Shown here: positions 36,381 through 47,900 of the stretch, piece after piece
How positions within the stretch are numbered: the stretch's first letter is position 1
Layout of the letters: each line of letters begins with the position of its first letter
Assembly: GCA_964019335.1 (NCBI GenBank)
Contig: OZ025690.1
Span: 489,868 to 553,867, forward strand
Reading direction: 5' to 3'
Length of the DNA stretch: 64,000 nt
DNA from: Diplonema japonicum
Lineage: Eukaryota; Protista; Euglenozoa: Diplonemea
Program-made: the position numbers and the translations under genes
Notes under the pieces: model-generated
Databases searched by the model: none
Seen by the model: only the letters and a program-made list of their open reading frames with translations
Told to the model about the DNA's origin: nothing

Positions 36381-38256
36381 TCAATGCTCTTCAGGTTCAG
36401 GTAGATTTGCCATCTGTAGTGGTTGTGTGGTGTGATGTAAAGCGTACCTTGCGCATCTCGGCGCCTGTTAGTGTGTCGTTCTCTAGCAGGCCCTCTGCAA
36501 TAGCATTGAGGACGCTCCTGTTTGTCTCGATGGTCGCGAGGGCGTCTTGGTGTGCTTTGTCGATCAGGGTCTTCACTTCCCGTTCGATTTTATTTTTTGT
36601 GTCATTTGAGAGGAAGACACCGTTGGGGTCGTCTGCAAAGGAGTAATCCACACACCCCATTGAAGACGAGAGCCCGTACTTCCTGACCATTGCGCGTGCC
36701 AGCATCGTTGCTTGTTCCAAGTCGTTTGAGGCCCCGCTCGTTACCTCCTTCTCTCCGAACACCACCTGTTCCGCAATGCGACCGCCCATCAGAACCCGGA
36801 GCCTTGCGTTCATCTGCGCCAGCGACGTGCTGATCTGGTCATCAGGTGGCAGCTGCACGGTGAGCCCCAGAGCTTGCCCTCTTGGAATGATGGTTGCCTT
36901 ATGCAGCGATGCCGCTTTGTCGGTGAACATGGCCACCAGCGCATGCCCCGCCTCGTGGTAGGCCGTGTTTTTCCGTTCGTGCTCTGGTATCTTACGTGAC
37001 CTGTGCTCCATCCCCATGGACACTCTGTCTTTGGCCTCTTCCAAGCACCCGGAGGTCACGTCGTCTAGCCCCATTTTCGCAGCTGACAGTGTCGCAATGT
37101 TGACAATGTTCGAAAGGTCCGCGCCTGTCATGCCAGTCGTGCCGCGTGCGATCTGTTTCACATCTATGTTGCCAGCCTTTACCTTTTTCAAGTAGTGCTC
37201 TAAGATCTGGACCCTGCCCTTGAGGTCTGGTGGGTCAACAGACACCATTCTGTCGAGTCTGCCGGGCCTCGTGAGGGCCTTGTCCAGTGTCTTGGGGCTG
37301 TTCGTGGCAGCAATCACAATGATGGAGTCTGAGGAATTGAAGCCGTCCATCTCTGACAAGAGCTGGTTGATGGTCGCCCTGTCGTGCGAGGCGTCCAGCT
37401 TCGACCTCTTAGTACCCACCGCATCAATCTCGTCGATGAAGATAATACACGGCTTCTTCTCGCGTGCCGCTTTGAACAACTCCCGCACTCGTTTGCTGCC
37501 CACACCAACGAACACTTCCTCGAACTGTGCGCCGCTGGTGTAAAAGAAAGGTACATCTGCTTCCTTTGCAATTGCCTTGGCCAGCATGGTCTTTCCTGTG
37601 CCCGGAGGGCCTACAAGCAGGTATCCTTTCGGGAGCTTGCCACCAAGCTTCGTGAATTTATCGGGGTCCTTCAAAAATTTTGTAACTTCAACCAGGTCGG
37701 CCTTCGCCTCGTCACACCCCAAGATATCATCCCATTTCACGCTGTGCGCGACCTGGTTCAGGTCCACAGGCACCACAGCGTCCCGCTTCGCTAAGCCAAA
37801 TATAGACGCGAAACTGCCTCCCCCCTCCGCCTTCACCTGGTCTTTGCCGCCGTCTGTTGTCGAGTCTGAGCTGCCTTTTGGCGACGGGATGATCTCAATC
37901 GTGAATATCTGCCCCAGAAGGATCAGGATCACCAAGTTCCTCATCCAGTCCATCAGGATCTGCATGTCGGAGCGTGTCACTTGCATCACCACAGGATTGG
38001 GCCACGACCCTTTTTCGTTTGCTTCACTCCCCCTCCCTTGCGGCGGAGGGGAGTGAGGGTGCTGTGGCGGGTACTGTGCATAAGGGTACTGATACTGCTG
38101 GTACCCAGGCGGCGGTGGTGGAGGGGGTGGGGGGCCTTGCCTGTGCTGGTAGGGGTACTGCTGGCCATTGTAGTAAAACCTCTTCCCGGACCGCAGCCGC
38201 GCTTTGCACACTGCCCTGTGATAGGCCACAAGTAGCCTTTTACTTCTGGCGTGCAT
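36381..38256 (-). CDS. FtsH/YME1-type ATP-dependent zinc metalloprotease, probably mitochondrial; exons 38256-36448 and 36413-36381
   Basis: Walker A GPPGTGKT, Walker [31 protein letters not shown] zinc motif and GASNDL. It has one TM segment and a basic N-terminus. Confidence 0.95.
36414..36447 (-). other. 34-nt intron near the FtsH 3' end
   Basis: GTACGCTTTACATCACACCACACAACCACTACAG. The spliced end reads [14 protein letters not shown]-stop. Its A/C-rich composition matches the other introns. Confidence 0.75.
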
Positions 38257-38384
38257 CTTCACCCACTAAGGAAACAGCCTGTCTTTACAACTACAATGTC
38301 AATATTCTTTTTTTAAAAAATAAGAAAAAAAACATATAAATGTTAACTGAGAAAAGGGGAAAAGTTACTGTTTTTCTTTCTTTC

Positions 38385-39788
38385 TTAATTTTGCGGCTTA
38401 AGGAGAGTTCTCATGAAATCCACTGCGAGGAGATAATGCCCTCTCGCGTTAGGGTGGATGCCATCTGCGAAGTTGTACTCCGCGCACCAGCTGAGAGGGA
38501 CGTTTGCGTTGTACACGGTGACCCAGTCATAGCTGCGGTTGCCCTTTTTGTGGACTTCGTTGTAGGTAGTGCGCGTCCAGTCGGCCACAGCATGCACGGT
38601 GTTGACAACTGCCGACCGCCAGTCATAGACGCCTTTCCCGTTGGGGAACTCCCTCTTCCCACTCGCTGGGAACGGATGGATCGCCAAGATCAGCCCTCTG
38701 AGTGCACCCCTTGACCAATGCTGCATCTTCCCAACGAGCCACTTCAGGTTCTGCTCGTACGCAAAGATGTTCGTATTATCCAAAAAGTCATTTGCTCCCA
38801 TGTTCAGGATTGCCGTTCTGGGTATCCTGTCCGAACGGGTATCTTTGAAGCACTTGTGAATCGCCTTCTTCGGTGCGTTCGTGACGTAGTAGTGCTTCGA
38901 TATCCCCTTCCCTGCCATCTCCAGCTTCAGCTTATGAGTCGAAAGCCCATCTTTTGCAACGAGGCACGTGTCACCCTTTCTGAGGCCGAGAGCTTCCTCC
39001 CCCCAGTTCTTCGCACCCCAGTACAGCCTGATGCCCCACCCATTAGCACGCTTCTTGTGGTATCGGTAGGCACCGGTCCCTCGGGTGATGCTGTCGCCGA
39101 TAACGACAGTGAACTTCCCAAGGAAGTCCCGCAGGATCTCCTCTTTGAAGTCTTTGTTCTTTACAATGAGAGGCTCGAAGGCATGTTTAAGCTGCTTCAG
39201 GGTAGGGCAGGTCTTGCCCAATTGTCTAATATGCAGTCTGTTGGCAGCCGTCTCGTTCTTGCACTCGTGGTCGATGATGGAGGTGCTGTTGAGGCAGCGG
39301 TCCACACGGTGTGTGCAGCCCGTAAGGGTGCTGGGGGGGAGGATGTCCCAGCATTCTTTTTTGTTCTGTTTATTGTGGAGCACAATAGAAGTGTTTGCAA
39401 GATCGGGCTTTGACGCCCAGTAGTCCCTCTCGAACCTGTGCACAGTGCACGTAGGGGACGTCTGGTAGCCTTTAGTCTGGTTGTGATCAAGGCTCATCTC
39501 TTGCTCCTCCTCCATGGGGCACTCGGCAGCAGGGTTCTCGCGAAGCAGGGACTGCATCATAGCAGACAGATTGCGGTATCCCCAAGGCTCTGTGTTCATC
39601 CCCGTTTCCATGTCGCAGAACTGTCGCGCTTGTACATCTTCGGTCAAGTCAAACCTCCTTGCGCAGTAAGCTTGCCACCGAAGTTTTGAGTCGATCCTCC
39701 CCCCGCATCCGTCGGTGAAAACCCCCACGTCCTCCTCTGTGTCGTTGGTCCCTGATGCCACAACCGCAACCGCCAAGATCGCAAACAT
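38385..39788 (-). CDS. Secreted SGNH/GDSL hydrolase-fold protein (esterase or acyltransferase-like)
   Basis: Block I VVIGDSIT, block III NMGAND and block V DGIHP. The hydrophobic start MFAILAVAVVASG is at ATG 39788; an alternative ATG is at 39830. Confidence 0.8.
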   Translation of the reverse strand: MFAILAVAVVASGTNDTEEDVGVFTDGCGGRIDSKLRWQAYCARRFDLTEDVQARQFCDMETGMNTEPWGYRNLSAMMQSLLRENPAAECPMEEEQEMSLDHNQTKGYQTSPTCTVHRFERDYWASKPDLANTSIVLHNKQNKKECWDILPPSTLTGCTHRVDRCLNSTSIIDHECKNETAANRLHIRQLGKTCPTLKQLKHAFEPLIVKNKDFKEEILRDFLGKFTVVIGDSITRGTGAYRYHKKRANGWGIRLYWGAKNWGEEALGLRKGDTCLVAKDGLSTHKLKLEMAGKGISKHYYVTNAPKKAIHKCFKDTRSDRIPRTAILNMGANDFLDNTNIFAYEQNLKWLVGKMQHWSRGALRGLILAIHPFPASGKREFPNGKGVYDWRSAVVNTVHAVADWTRTTYNEVHKKGNRSYDWVTVYNANVPLSWCAEYNFADGIHPNARGHYLLAVDFMRTLLKPQN

Positions 39789-39847
39789 GTTATGTGTAAA
39801 TGTGTCTGCAGTAGTATTGGCGTGTGGCATAAAAGCTTTTCAAATTT

Positions 39848-40780
39848 TCAGACCCACAAGCCTTCCACATGAATGAATCTGCACTTCTTCGGATACGTGC
39901 ATCTGCCTTTGAAGTAATGGCTTCTGCACATGGTGGGGTCATCGAACTCCTTGGGCGGTGGGGGGATGATGCGTTCAGGACCAGTGCCACGGCTGAGGGT
40001 TAGGAACGTAGACTTCCTGTGCTCCGAGCCCTTGAGGGGGGCGATGATAAGGCGTTTAGTGACAGGGGGTGCTGCGGGGAGGGAGGAGTAGAGGAACTCG
40101 CACCAAGTGGCAAAGGGGTCTTCTGCGGCTTTGATATCGCAGGGGAGGATGGTGTTGCCGTTGAGCTCAACGTCATTCCCATTCGGCAAGCAGCAGGGGG
40201 CTAAGACCATCGAGTCCATGCCCTCCAGGAACAGGAAGAGCTTCAAAAATCTAACGCTGATCCTCCTGCACAGATGAATGCCCACCCATATGCCCCTGCT
40301 GGTCCTATCGATGCCCAGATTCTGCTGGACAGTGAGGTCATGGATGTTGCCACGAACGTATACCATTTTCGGGAGTGCTTCATTAGCGTTGAGGATGTCC
40401 AGATGCGACATGTCCATGGCACCTTTGGTCTCATTGTCGAGCATTATAATCTTCTCGATCCTTGAGAACACACACCCCACCTCCCCTGCAAGGCCCTGCA
40501 CAAGGCACGACGCGTAGCCCTTCCCGCAGCACACGTCGTATAGCACTCTCGTCTCCCCTTCCGTGTCCTTTTCCAATTCCTCTTGCACTAGCATGGCTAT
40601 CACCATGGCCTCTTCTACTTCTCGTTCAAATCTCTCTAAGTTCCTAGTCAGGATACCCTTCTCTATCCATACCCCCACTACACGCTCTGTTGCTTCCATC
40701 AGCTCTTGCCCAACGAACTTCCCAACCTCACCCTCTCTGATGCGCTTCACCCTCTCCCAACATCTACTCAACTTCGACAT
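39848..40780 (-). CDS. Class I SAM-dependent methyltransferase with a C-terminal CCCH zinc finger, probably acting on RNA
   Basis: Motif I LYDVCCGKG, VGIHLC and LAPCC. The C-terminus reads CRSHYFKGRCTYPKKCRFIH. Confidence 0.8.
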   Translation of the reverse strand: MSKLSRCWERVKRIREGEVGKFVGQELMEATERVVGVWIEKGILTRNLERFEREVEEAMVIAMLVQEELEKDTEGETRVLYDVCCGKGYASCLVQGLAGEVGCVFSRIEKIIMLDNETKGAMDMSHLDILNANEALPKMVYVRGNIHDLTVQQNLGIDRTSRGIWVGIHLCRRISVRFLKLFLFLEGMDSMVLAPCCLPNGNDVELNGNTILPCDIKAAEDPFATWCEFLYSSLPAAPPVTKRLIIAPLKGSEHRKSTFLTLSRGTGPERIIPPPPKEFDDPTMCRSHYFKGRCTYPKKCRFIHVEGLWV

Positions 40781-40913
40781 CACTGTGGTGCGTAAAAGGG
40801 ATGGCGTGCAAAATCAACAAAGAGGGCACCCAGAAAGGTATCGCTCGGAAAAGGCATTTGTCATATTCATCAACAGATAGAGACGTGGTGCCGTCTAAGA
40901 TAGTGTCGATTGG

Positions 40914-41857
40914 CTAGACGGGGCTTGGGGGTTTATTGATGAGCTGTGCTTGTAGCTTTGCGATCTCCAGTCTGGTAGTGACAAGTTCCTCTGCAAGATT
41001 CGTGTTTTCTCGTTCGAGACGGCGCTCCTCTAGTGACTTCGAAGCTTGAGAGGGAGCACTAAACCCGATGCCCATCTTTGCGGCGTTATACAGGGCGTCG
41101 CCTGCCATGTGTTATGCGTTGTCATGTGCATACCTGCAGTAGCTTGTACATGTTCGTCCCTAACAGTGTCAGTGAGCACCTTGACTACAAGGTCCACCAG
41201 CTGGTCGTGGAGGACTTTGTCCTTCGCCAGCGTATGCAACCCCACAGTGGCAAGGGACGTGACCTTGTCCTGAATCCACCTGTGAAGTATTGTTAGTTTG
41301 CTGTGTTGCACATACGGATCGACAAGTATTTCAGCAATGAACTTTTTCGTGTTCTCTTTGGTGTAGGAGTCGAGGAGCAGGTTCTCTAAGAGATATACTA
41401 GATTTTTCTTCGTTTCTTCCTGCTGCATGAGGTTCTTTAGCAACACTACTAGAAGGTCAAGACTTGGGTCATCTTGAAGAATCTGCGACACAATCTCTTT
41501 CGTGGCGCCAAGTGCTTCCTCCTGCACTTTCTTCTCACCAATAACACGTTTCGCGACATCTGCTGTCTGTGTCACGGTGTCTGCCTTCAGCGGCTCCTTG
41601 AACACGTATAATATTATGCCAATCGCAAGTAGCAGCCCACTCCCAAACAGCATGCCCTTATGCGCCGAAATCGCCACCCCCAGCCATCTCCCCTCCGACG
41701 TTAAAATGCGCCACTGTTCCGCCACCTGTTGCACCACCTGCCGCTGGCTCGACTTCTGTAATTCGTCTTTCGACGTGTGCAACTCCCCACCGCTCTTCCA
41801 TCTCCGTGCCATTCTACCAATCCTGCAGGAAGAACGCAACTGCCGCTGGCACATCAT
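40914..41857 (-). CDS. Single-pass membrane protein, probably mitochondrial, function unknown; exons 41857-41316, 41279-41134 and 41101-40914
   Basis: Arg-rich N-terminus MMCQRQLRSSCRIGRMARRWK, TM segment MLFGSGLLLAIGIILYVF and a helical body. Splicing joins ORFs 41030..41896 and 40914..41108. Confidence 0.8.
41102..41133 (-). other. 32-nt intron
   Basis: GTATGCACATGACAACGCATAACACATGGCAG. Removal gives ATAG-DALYNAAK. Confidence 0.85.
41280..41315 (-). other. 36-nt stop-free in-frame (3n) intron candidate
   Basis: GTATGTGCAACACAGCAAACTAACAATACTTCACAG, with an ACTAAC branch motif. The spliced protein reads ILVDP-WIQDK. Confidence 0.8.
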
Positions 41858-41915
41858 TGTAATCCTAGGGGAGGAGAAATAGTTTGAAGAAGCCACAAGA
41901 AGAAGTATAAAAGAA
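41858..41915 (-). promoter_or_regulatory. Putative SL trans-splice acceptor (polypyrimidine tract + AG)
   Basis: TTTCTTTTATACTTCTTCTTGTGGCTTCTTCAAACTATTTCTCCTCCCCTAG-GATTACA-ATG. A similar tract lies upstream of FtsH (38257-38335). Confidence 0.6.
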
Positions 41916-41947
41916 ATACGGATCGCCCACCTGTAAAGGTGAGCATA

Positions 41948-44900
41948 CTAACTACTAAGTGTAAACAGTACGATAAGCAGCCACCAGGAAGGGAATACAC
42001 CCGCTGCGCTGCTGATAGGGGATGTATCATTGTAGCCGGGGGCGGCCCCTGCAATAGGAGCCATGATGGGGGTACCCTTGATGGGTGTTGGTGTGGCTTC
42101 TGGTTGGAGGTAGAAGAATTCTATTTGTGCCGTAATTCCGTATACAGTGCGGAAAGAAGAGGACGGGTCGTCTAAGAGAAGCGTTACACTTTCGAACAGC
42201 GTGATGACGGAAGAGGCACCTCTCACGCGGAACTCGAAGAGCATCGTGCAGTTTGCGAGGCACGCCTCCTGTATGCGGCCTACTCGCCTTGTAAAACTCG
42301 TCTGCAGCATACACAATGTGGTGTTGATCTTCATTGCAGGGCTGATCAGCGCCGATCCAAGTGCCCTGTTCTTCACCATAGTCACGGGCACTTCACACAC
42401 CCAGTCCAGCACCACTGTGATATTTTCCTTCAGGCTGTTGTTTAGATCCTTTTCCCACACGCCCTCGAACTGCGCCCCCGATAATAGATTGATACTGCTT
42501 ACCACGATCTGCACTGTTGGATCTGACACCCAGCTTTGCGGCGCAGGCGTACCCGGTACACTCGTTGAAGGGATGCTCTGAGAGAGCGCTCCGCACTCAA
42601 AGGGCGGGAAGTGGATAGTCTTTCCATTAAACATGTTCCCTAGGTCAGCAGTGTCACCTTCACATGTGATTTTCATCTCCACCTGTGCACAGTACCCTCT
42701 GAACATCACCTCAGTCCATTGCGCTACCCCATCATCAAGTACCTTCTTCCCTATAGGACCTTCTGTGTCCACCACCTCGAAGCCATCGCCTCCCATCACA
42801 CACGTTGCTGTCAGCACCAGTGCACCTTCAAGCTCTTTCAAGATACTGTCCTCTGCCCACACCTCCAAGCTCATGTTGAAGGGAGTCTCCTTGCGCACCC
42901 TGCGGAAATGCTGGATGACGTCGTAGAACGGAGTCGCAGGGACCCTATTTACCTGGTAGAAAACACCTTCTTGGAGGCTACAAAAATAGCCTCCAGAAGC
43001 TGCCACGCAGTTGCTTCCATCTGCTTGCCTAAAGTACCGAATACTGCGCACCTTCACACCCCCGTCGTAGAAAACATGCCCCGTGTCTGATACAACTGAG
43101 AAGGGCACTAGCCCGGAACCAAACACACTGACATTGTAAATATACGCACTCCCACGCAGCAATGAAAGTCTGTGGCTACTGAGGCTCCAGGCAAGTGCAT
43201 CACTACATGAAGGTGGCGCTTCAAACACACATATTTGGGTCGTGGTAAGGCATGCCGCATGAAATGCGTGCGCTCTCCCGCAGGGCTCGGTGTGAGGTGT
43301 CAAGACTAGTGCGGTGCTAACATCGTACTCAGAGCTAGGCACCACTCCTGCCACCCCAAAAACAGTCAAGCGGAAGTCTAAGTGGTACCCTGACAGAATG
43401 GTGAAGTCACCGTTGATGTCATCCCAGTCCTCATTCCCGCTGGGCCTGCCAGACACTGCCACCCTTGTCTGGCCAGTCACTATGAATAGAAAACCGAGAT
43501 GTACAGTGTTCAACACTTTACCCCCCCGTTCAGCATGCAAGGCCATCTCCCATGGTGTATGGGGACCACGGGTAGTGCAGCATCGAGTACATTGTTCACA
43601 GTTCTCGCTGCAACAAACAACATCTCGTGTACTGTACTGTAAAACAAAAGCGGCCTCTGCACGGCCTTGCATAATAGATGTTGAAATGTTGTGCCATGCT
43701 GTCCCCGTTGCATTGCTGCGCCTTAGGCTGAGGTGCACGGTTGTGTGCATGTCACCCACCGCCACTGCACCGCTGCTGGTGAGGGTCTGAACCTTAACCG
43801 TCAGCTTGTCCCCAGAAACAGCAGCTACGCGCCCCATACCCATGGGCACCATCAGTCCAGACACATTGTACAAAATCCCACTATAGCCCCGTTGTTGTTC
43901 CACGGACAGTGTAGCTACATTCTCGGCCGAAATTTCAAGACTCTGAACTACGGAGGTGCCTGATGGCAGGCCAGTGACGTCGTTGATGAGGCACCTGCCT
44001 TCCTGGAAGGTGCCTGTGAACCTAAAGCCGCTACCAGTCACAATCCTATTGCTGATATCGAAGCACCCAACAGGTGACAGTTGCAGCGCGACGAGAGAGA
44101 CATCTGCTGTGCTATATGGGTGGACACTGAGAAGAGAATTGCCGCCAAACGCACGCAGGAGCAGTGTGTGCTGCACCTCTGTTGTAGCAATTGCCTCAAC
44201 AGATGAACGGTTGCCACCAACTACTCTGAAGTCGGCGGAGCTCACCCAGTACCATTTGGCCACAGGTGGCGAGGTGACGTGGATCTCGACATGTACCGAA
44301 GACACGTGCGAGAAGGCTTGGCTAGCAGGTGAGAACTTGGCTATGCAGCTGCCGGTACCAACAATACGCACATCGACAGATGCAACACCCAACCTGTCTA
44401 AAGGGAAAGGTGATGCACTACCAGTGGTGGTGCAGAGGGGGCACTTACTGCAATCATACACTACCGACACAAGGGATGCGTCTACGGTCTCCCTGACGGC
44501 AGTGAAAACGTGGCCCAAGGCATTGCCGTTTCCTCCCACCAGTTGGATTGTTATCTTCGAACTAGATCCACTGAGGACATGTAGCGTACCGCCTGCAGCC
44601 GATATCATCATGCTCGGCGGTACCAGCCAAGCAATTGGTTCCAGCACCGAACCCCTTTGCTTTATTTTTATACTCCGTCCATTCAGATCGAATGAAGGCA
44701 CATAGCCCTTCACGGGGCCTCCGTACAGCGTGACGTTGGCCTTGGTCGACAGTACTCCATCAACTACTGTCACACGCGAGATGTCGTTACTGGCGCCTGC
44801 ATCGGCTACGGTGACAGACGTGGCACCCTCAGCATTGTACTGAGTTGATGTGACAACGCTGTGCTGTATCGCAGATAGCCCTAACACTTCCGGTACCACG

Positions 44901-47900
44901 GGACGCCTGTTCATTTTTTTCTGCCAGTACAACAATGAGGGACCCCCCGCTGTCACTGCCTTGTCTCCCAGTTCGTCTCCAATGTAGCCTGAGTACATGA
45001 GTGTCATGCTAGCGTTTACATGAATGTGTTCAGCAGGGGCGTACTCTAGCTCCGTCACAATGAAGTAGTCAGGCGTGGTAGCCACGGTCACAATATTTTC
45101 TTGAAACCCGCATTCAAGAACGCACTCCCAACATGCCCTCGAAAAGGTGATGCGTACGATGGCGACACCATCAAAACTCTTCATATCGCTCCTCCTGTGC
45201 TCTAGGTATACGTCGCCACCTTCACCATTGCCCACCTTCTTCGCAACAGTCACACTTACTTCATGCTCGCCACGCCACGTTGGTATGTTTTGTGCATCCA
45301 CCCTCAGGAGTGACAACGCAAAAGGGCGTCTCCGACGAACTGCAGTGAATGGCTGACTAATGAGCCAGGCCTGAGGACAGGTTATCACCTTAAATACCGC
45401 CTGTGCGCCCTGCGGACCGACGAGGACGTCAACATGCTCCTTGCCATTGCTAATCACAAGGACGCATGCTGAACATGGACGCGTGAAACTGACAGAAAAC
45501 GACGTGTGCGGACCTGCTGCCGTGCCGAACAGCCAGCTGAGGTGCAATTTTTTTTCCACAGCAACACCACACGTTCTGGCGCCTTGGTTCAAAAATCCAC
45601 CATTGCCATACTTCAGCTCTTCCAAGGTGGTGCCTACCCACCTGTGAGAGATGCTCAGCGTAGGGTACGGCCCGTGAGTCGTGTCTGCTACCCAGCCGCC
45701 CGGTTGCAACAGTGCGTACATTACATCAATCTCAATAGACATTCCGACACTGTGCTCCAGAGGCGGCAGCTTCTGTCTACTGACGCCAAAGCCTATGTGT
45801 TGGGGTTCAATGGTACGGAAGCTGGGGGACACCGCCTTTCGAAGTGACATGACAGGAGGCTCGCTCGACGGAGCCGAAAGGCAGGTGCTGAGCGATGCCC
45901 CTGCATAGCACACTGTCGCTGATATCCTGCATGCAGTGCAAGGTGTTTTCAGCGTTATCCAAACAGTAGCCTGACCGTTGGTCGTAAATATTTCTCGTCC
46001 AGTAAGCACACCACTGGTTTCAAGAACCTGTACTGTGAAACCCTGATCGGTACAGGTGGCACCACTGTCTAAAGTAATTTTAACGAGACTGCTCGGATGC
46101 GAATATGCCCTATAACCTGTAGCAGTGATAACTCTAACCTGTACCGGGAAGGGCACACCCACGATAAGACCCATTTCCATAGCCCATCCCGCCCCAGGGT
46201 TCGTGGCGTTCTGGAAGTAGCCATTTAGCAGCTTAAGCTTCTTGTGTGCCCAGTAACACGAGTCATCGGTGTCAACATTCTGCAACACCACAGATACTGC
46301 CGTTCCTTCCTTCATCCTCCAGCTGTGCATGACACTCGTGGTGCTAGTTGACCCGTCTTGACTGGCCACAATGGCCGCGTCGAGCTCGTGCAGACCGTAG
46401 AACGAAACAGTTGTGCTGCTCTCTTGCATAGGAAACGTGATAGACGTACCATAAGTGGTGTAGTTGTCAGCTGCAACAAGTATCTGGTTGGCAGTGGATG
46501 TGAACTCGAAGGCAGACTGTGTGTAAGCCCCCACGAAAAGAGGGCCTCTCATCCAACGGTAAGCGCGCACTACGCGATAACTGAGAACGGTTGCCGGTGG
46601 ACCACAATTACTGCCAACACCAGGAACAAACGTGCCCGAATGCTGGTAGTTTTTGTACAGCCGTACCTCATAAGGAGGCGTGAAGTGACTAACAAGGGTC
46701 AGAATGATCTTTTGACAGATTAAAATAGCAAGCAGCCTGTTGTCTGCCTCCACGACAGACGGTGCAGCAAGCAGGCATATTGAAAAGGTCGTATTTGCAA
46801 CAGGCGACAAGTACACCCCTTCGACTTGCGTTTCGAGTCTGATCTTACCTGTGCCGTTGTGTATCAGCACAGAGTTAGCACCTGTGTATAAAGATGAAAA
46901 TCTAAGAGTAGGTGAACCGTATGTGAGTGTCTCTGTGGCCCCTGCTTCTGTGGTGAAGGTCATGTTGGGTACTGAAGAGTGGAGGAGCAAGGCACTACTC
47001 ATGCACTTCTTGGGCACTGTGGTGCAAATCCACGTCTCCGCGAGCTCTGGTTGTGCACCGGAGGTTGGGATACCCACTGTGAGGTTGTAGTCATCGAAGT
47101 CTCTAGTCCATCCGCTGTGCGCTTCCCGCTCTACACTGAGATCCAAAACCGTCTCGAAGTATGTGCTAGTTGTAGCTGTGACCGCACACCCTTCTTCCGG
47201 ACAGGATGCACCACCCACGAGCAGCCTTAGTGCCGGGAGTGGCTTGTTGTAGATCTGTGTCATCACAAGGAGGACTTCGCACTCTTTCCTGGTTGTGTGC
47301 GTTGTGATGGTGCCCGATGCTTTGCTGTCGTAGTGCACCATGTGGGTGATAAATGTGATAGCAAAGGTCTGCCCGTCGTGGAAGGTTCCCTGCAAAACTA
47401 AAGAGTCAAATGCTGCTGAACCACGAACCATGTCGGCCGCCCGGGGACCAACGAGCACGGCACTCACACCAGAGGCATCTAGCACAACAGACCACGAAGG
47501 CCAACTCACTCGACCCAAGAACTCATTAATGGCGACGACCAACACGTCGAAAGGCTCAGACATGTCGTTGAAGAAAGGCACCTGAAGAGCACCCGGGCAC
47601 TGAATATCTGTCACATCACTGTAGAGCGTGAAAGGCAGGATGCCATGCATAGCAGTGCTACCTCCCTCTTCTGGGTCAGGCCCTATGCCAGCAGTGGAGT
47701 GGAATGTCACTTCGCATTTAATACATGGGAGCGTTGTAGCCAAGATCCATGAGGTGCCCCATGTGCCATTCATGTAGGAACACTCCTTTCCTTGCGAAGA
47801 GGGCGTCAGAGCAGTCCCGTCTCGTGTGGTGCCATCAGCAGCTATCGGTCGAGGCGCAGATAGCCAGGCAAACAAGCTCCCTGTGTGGTACTCGTCATTG

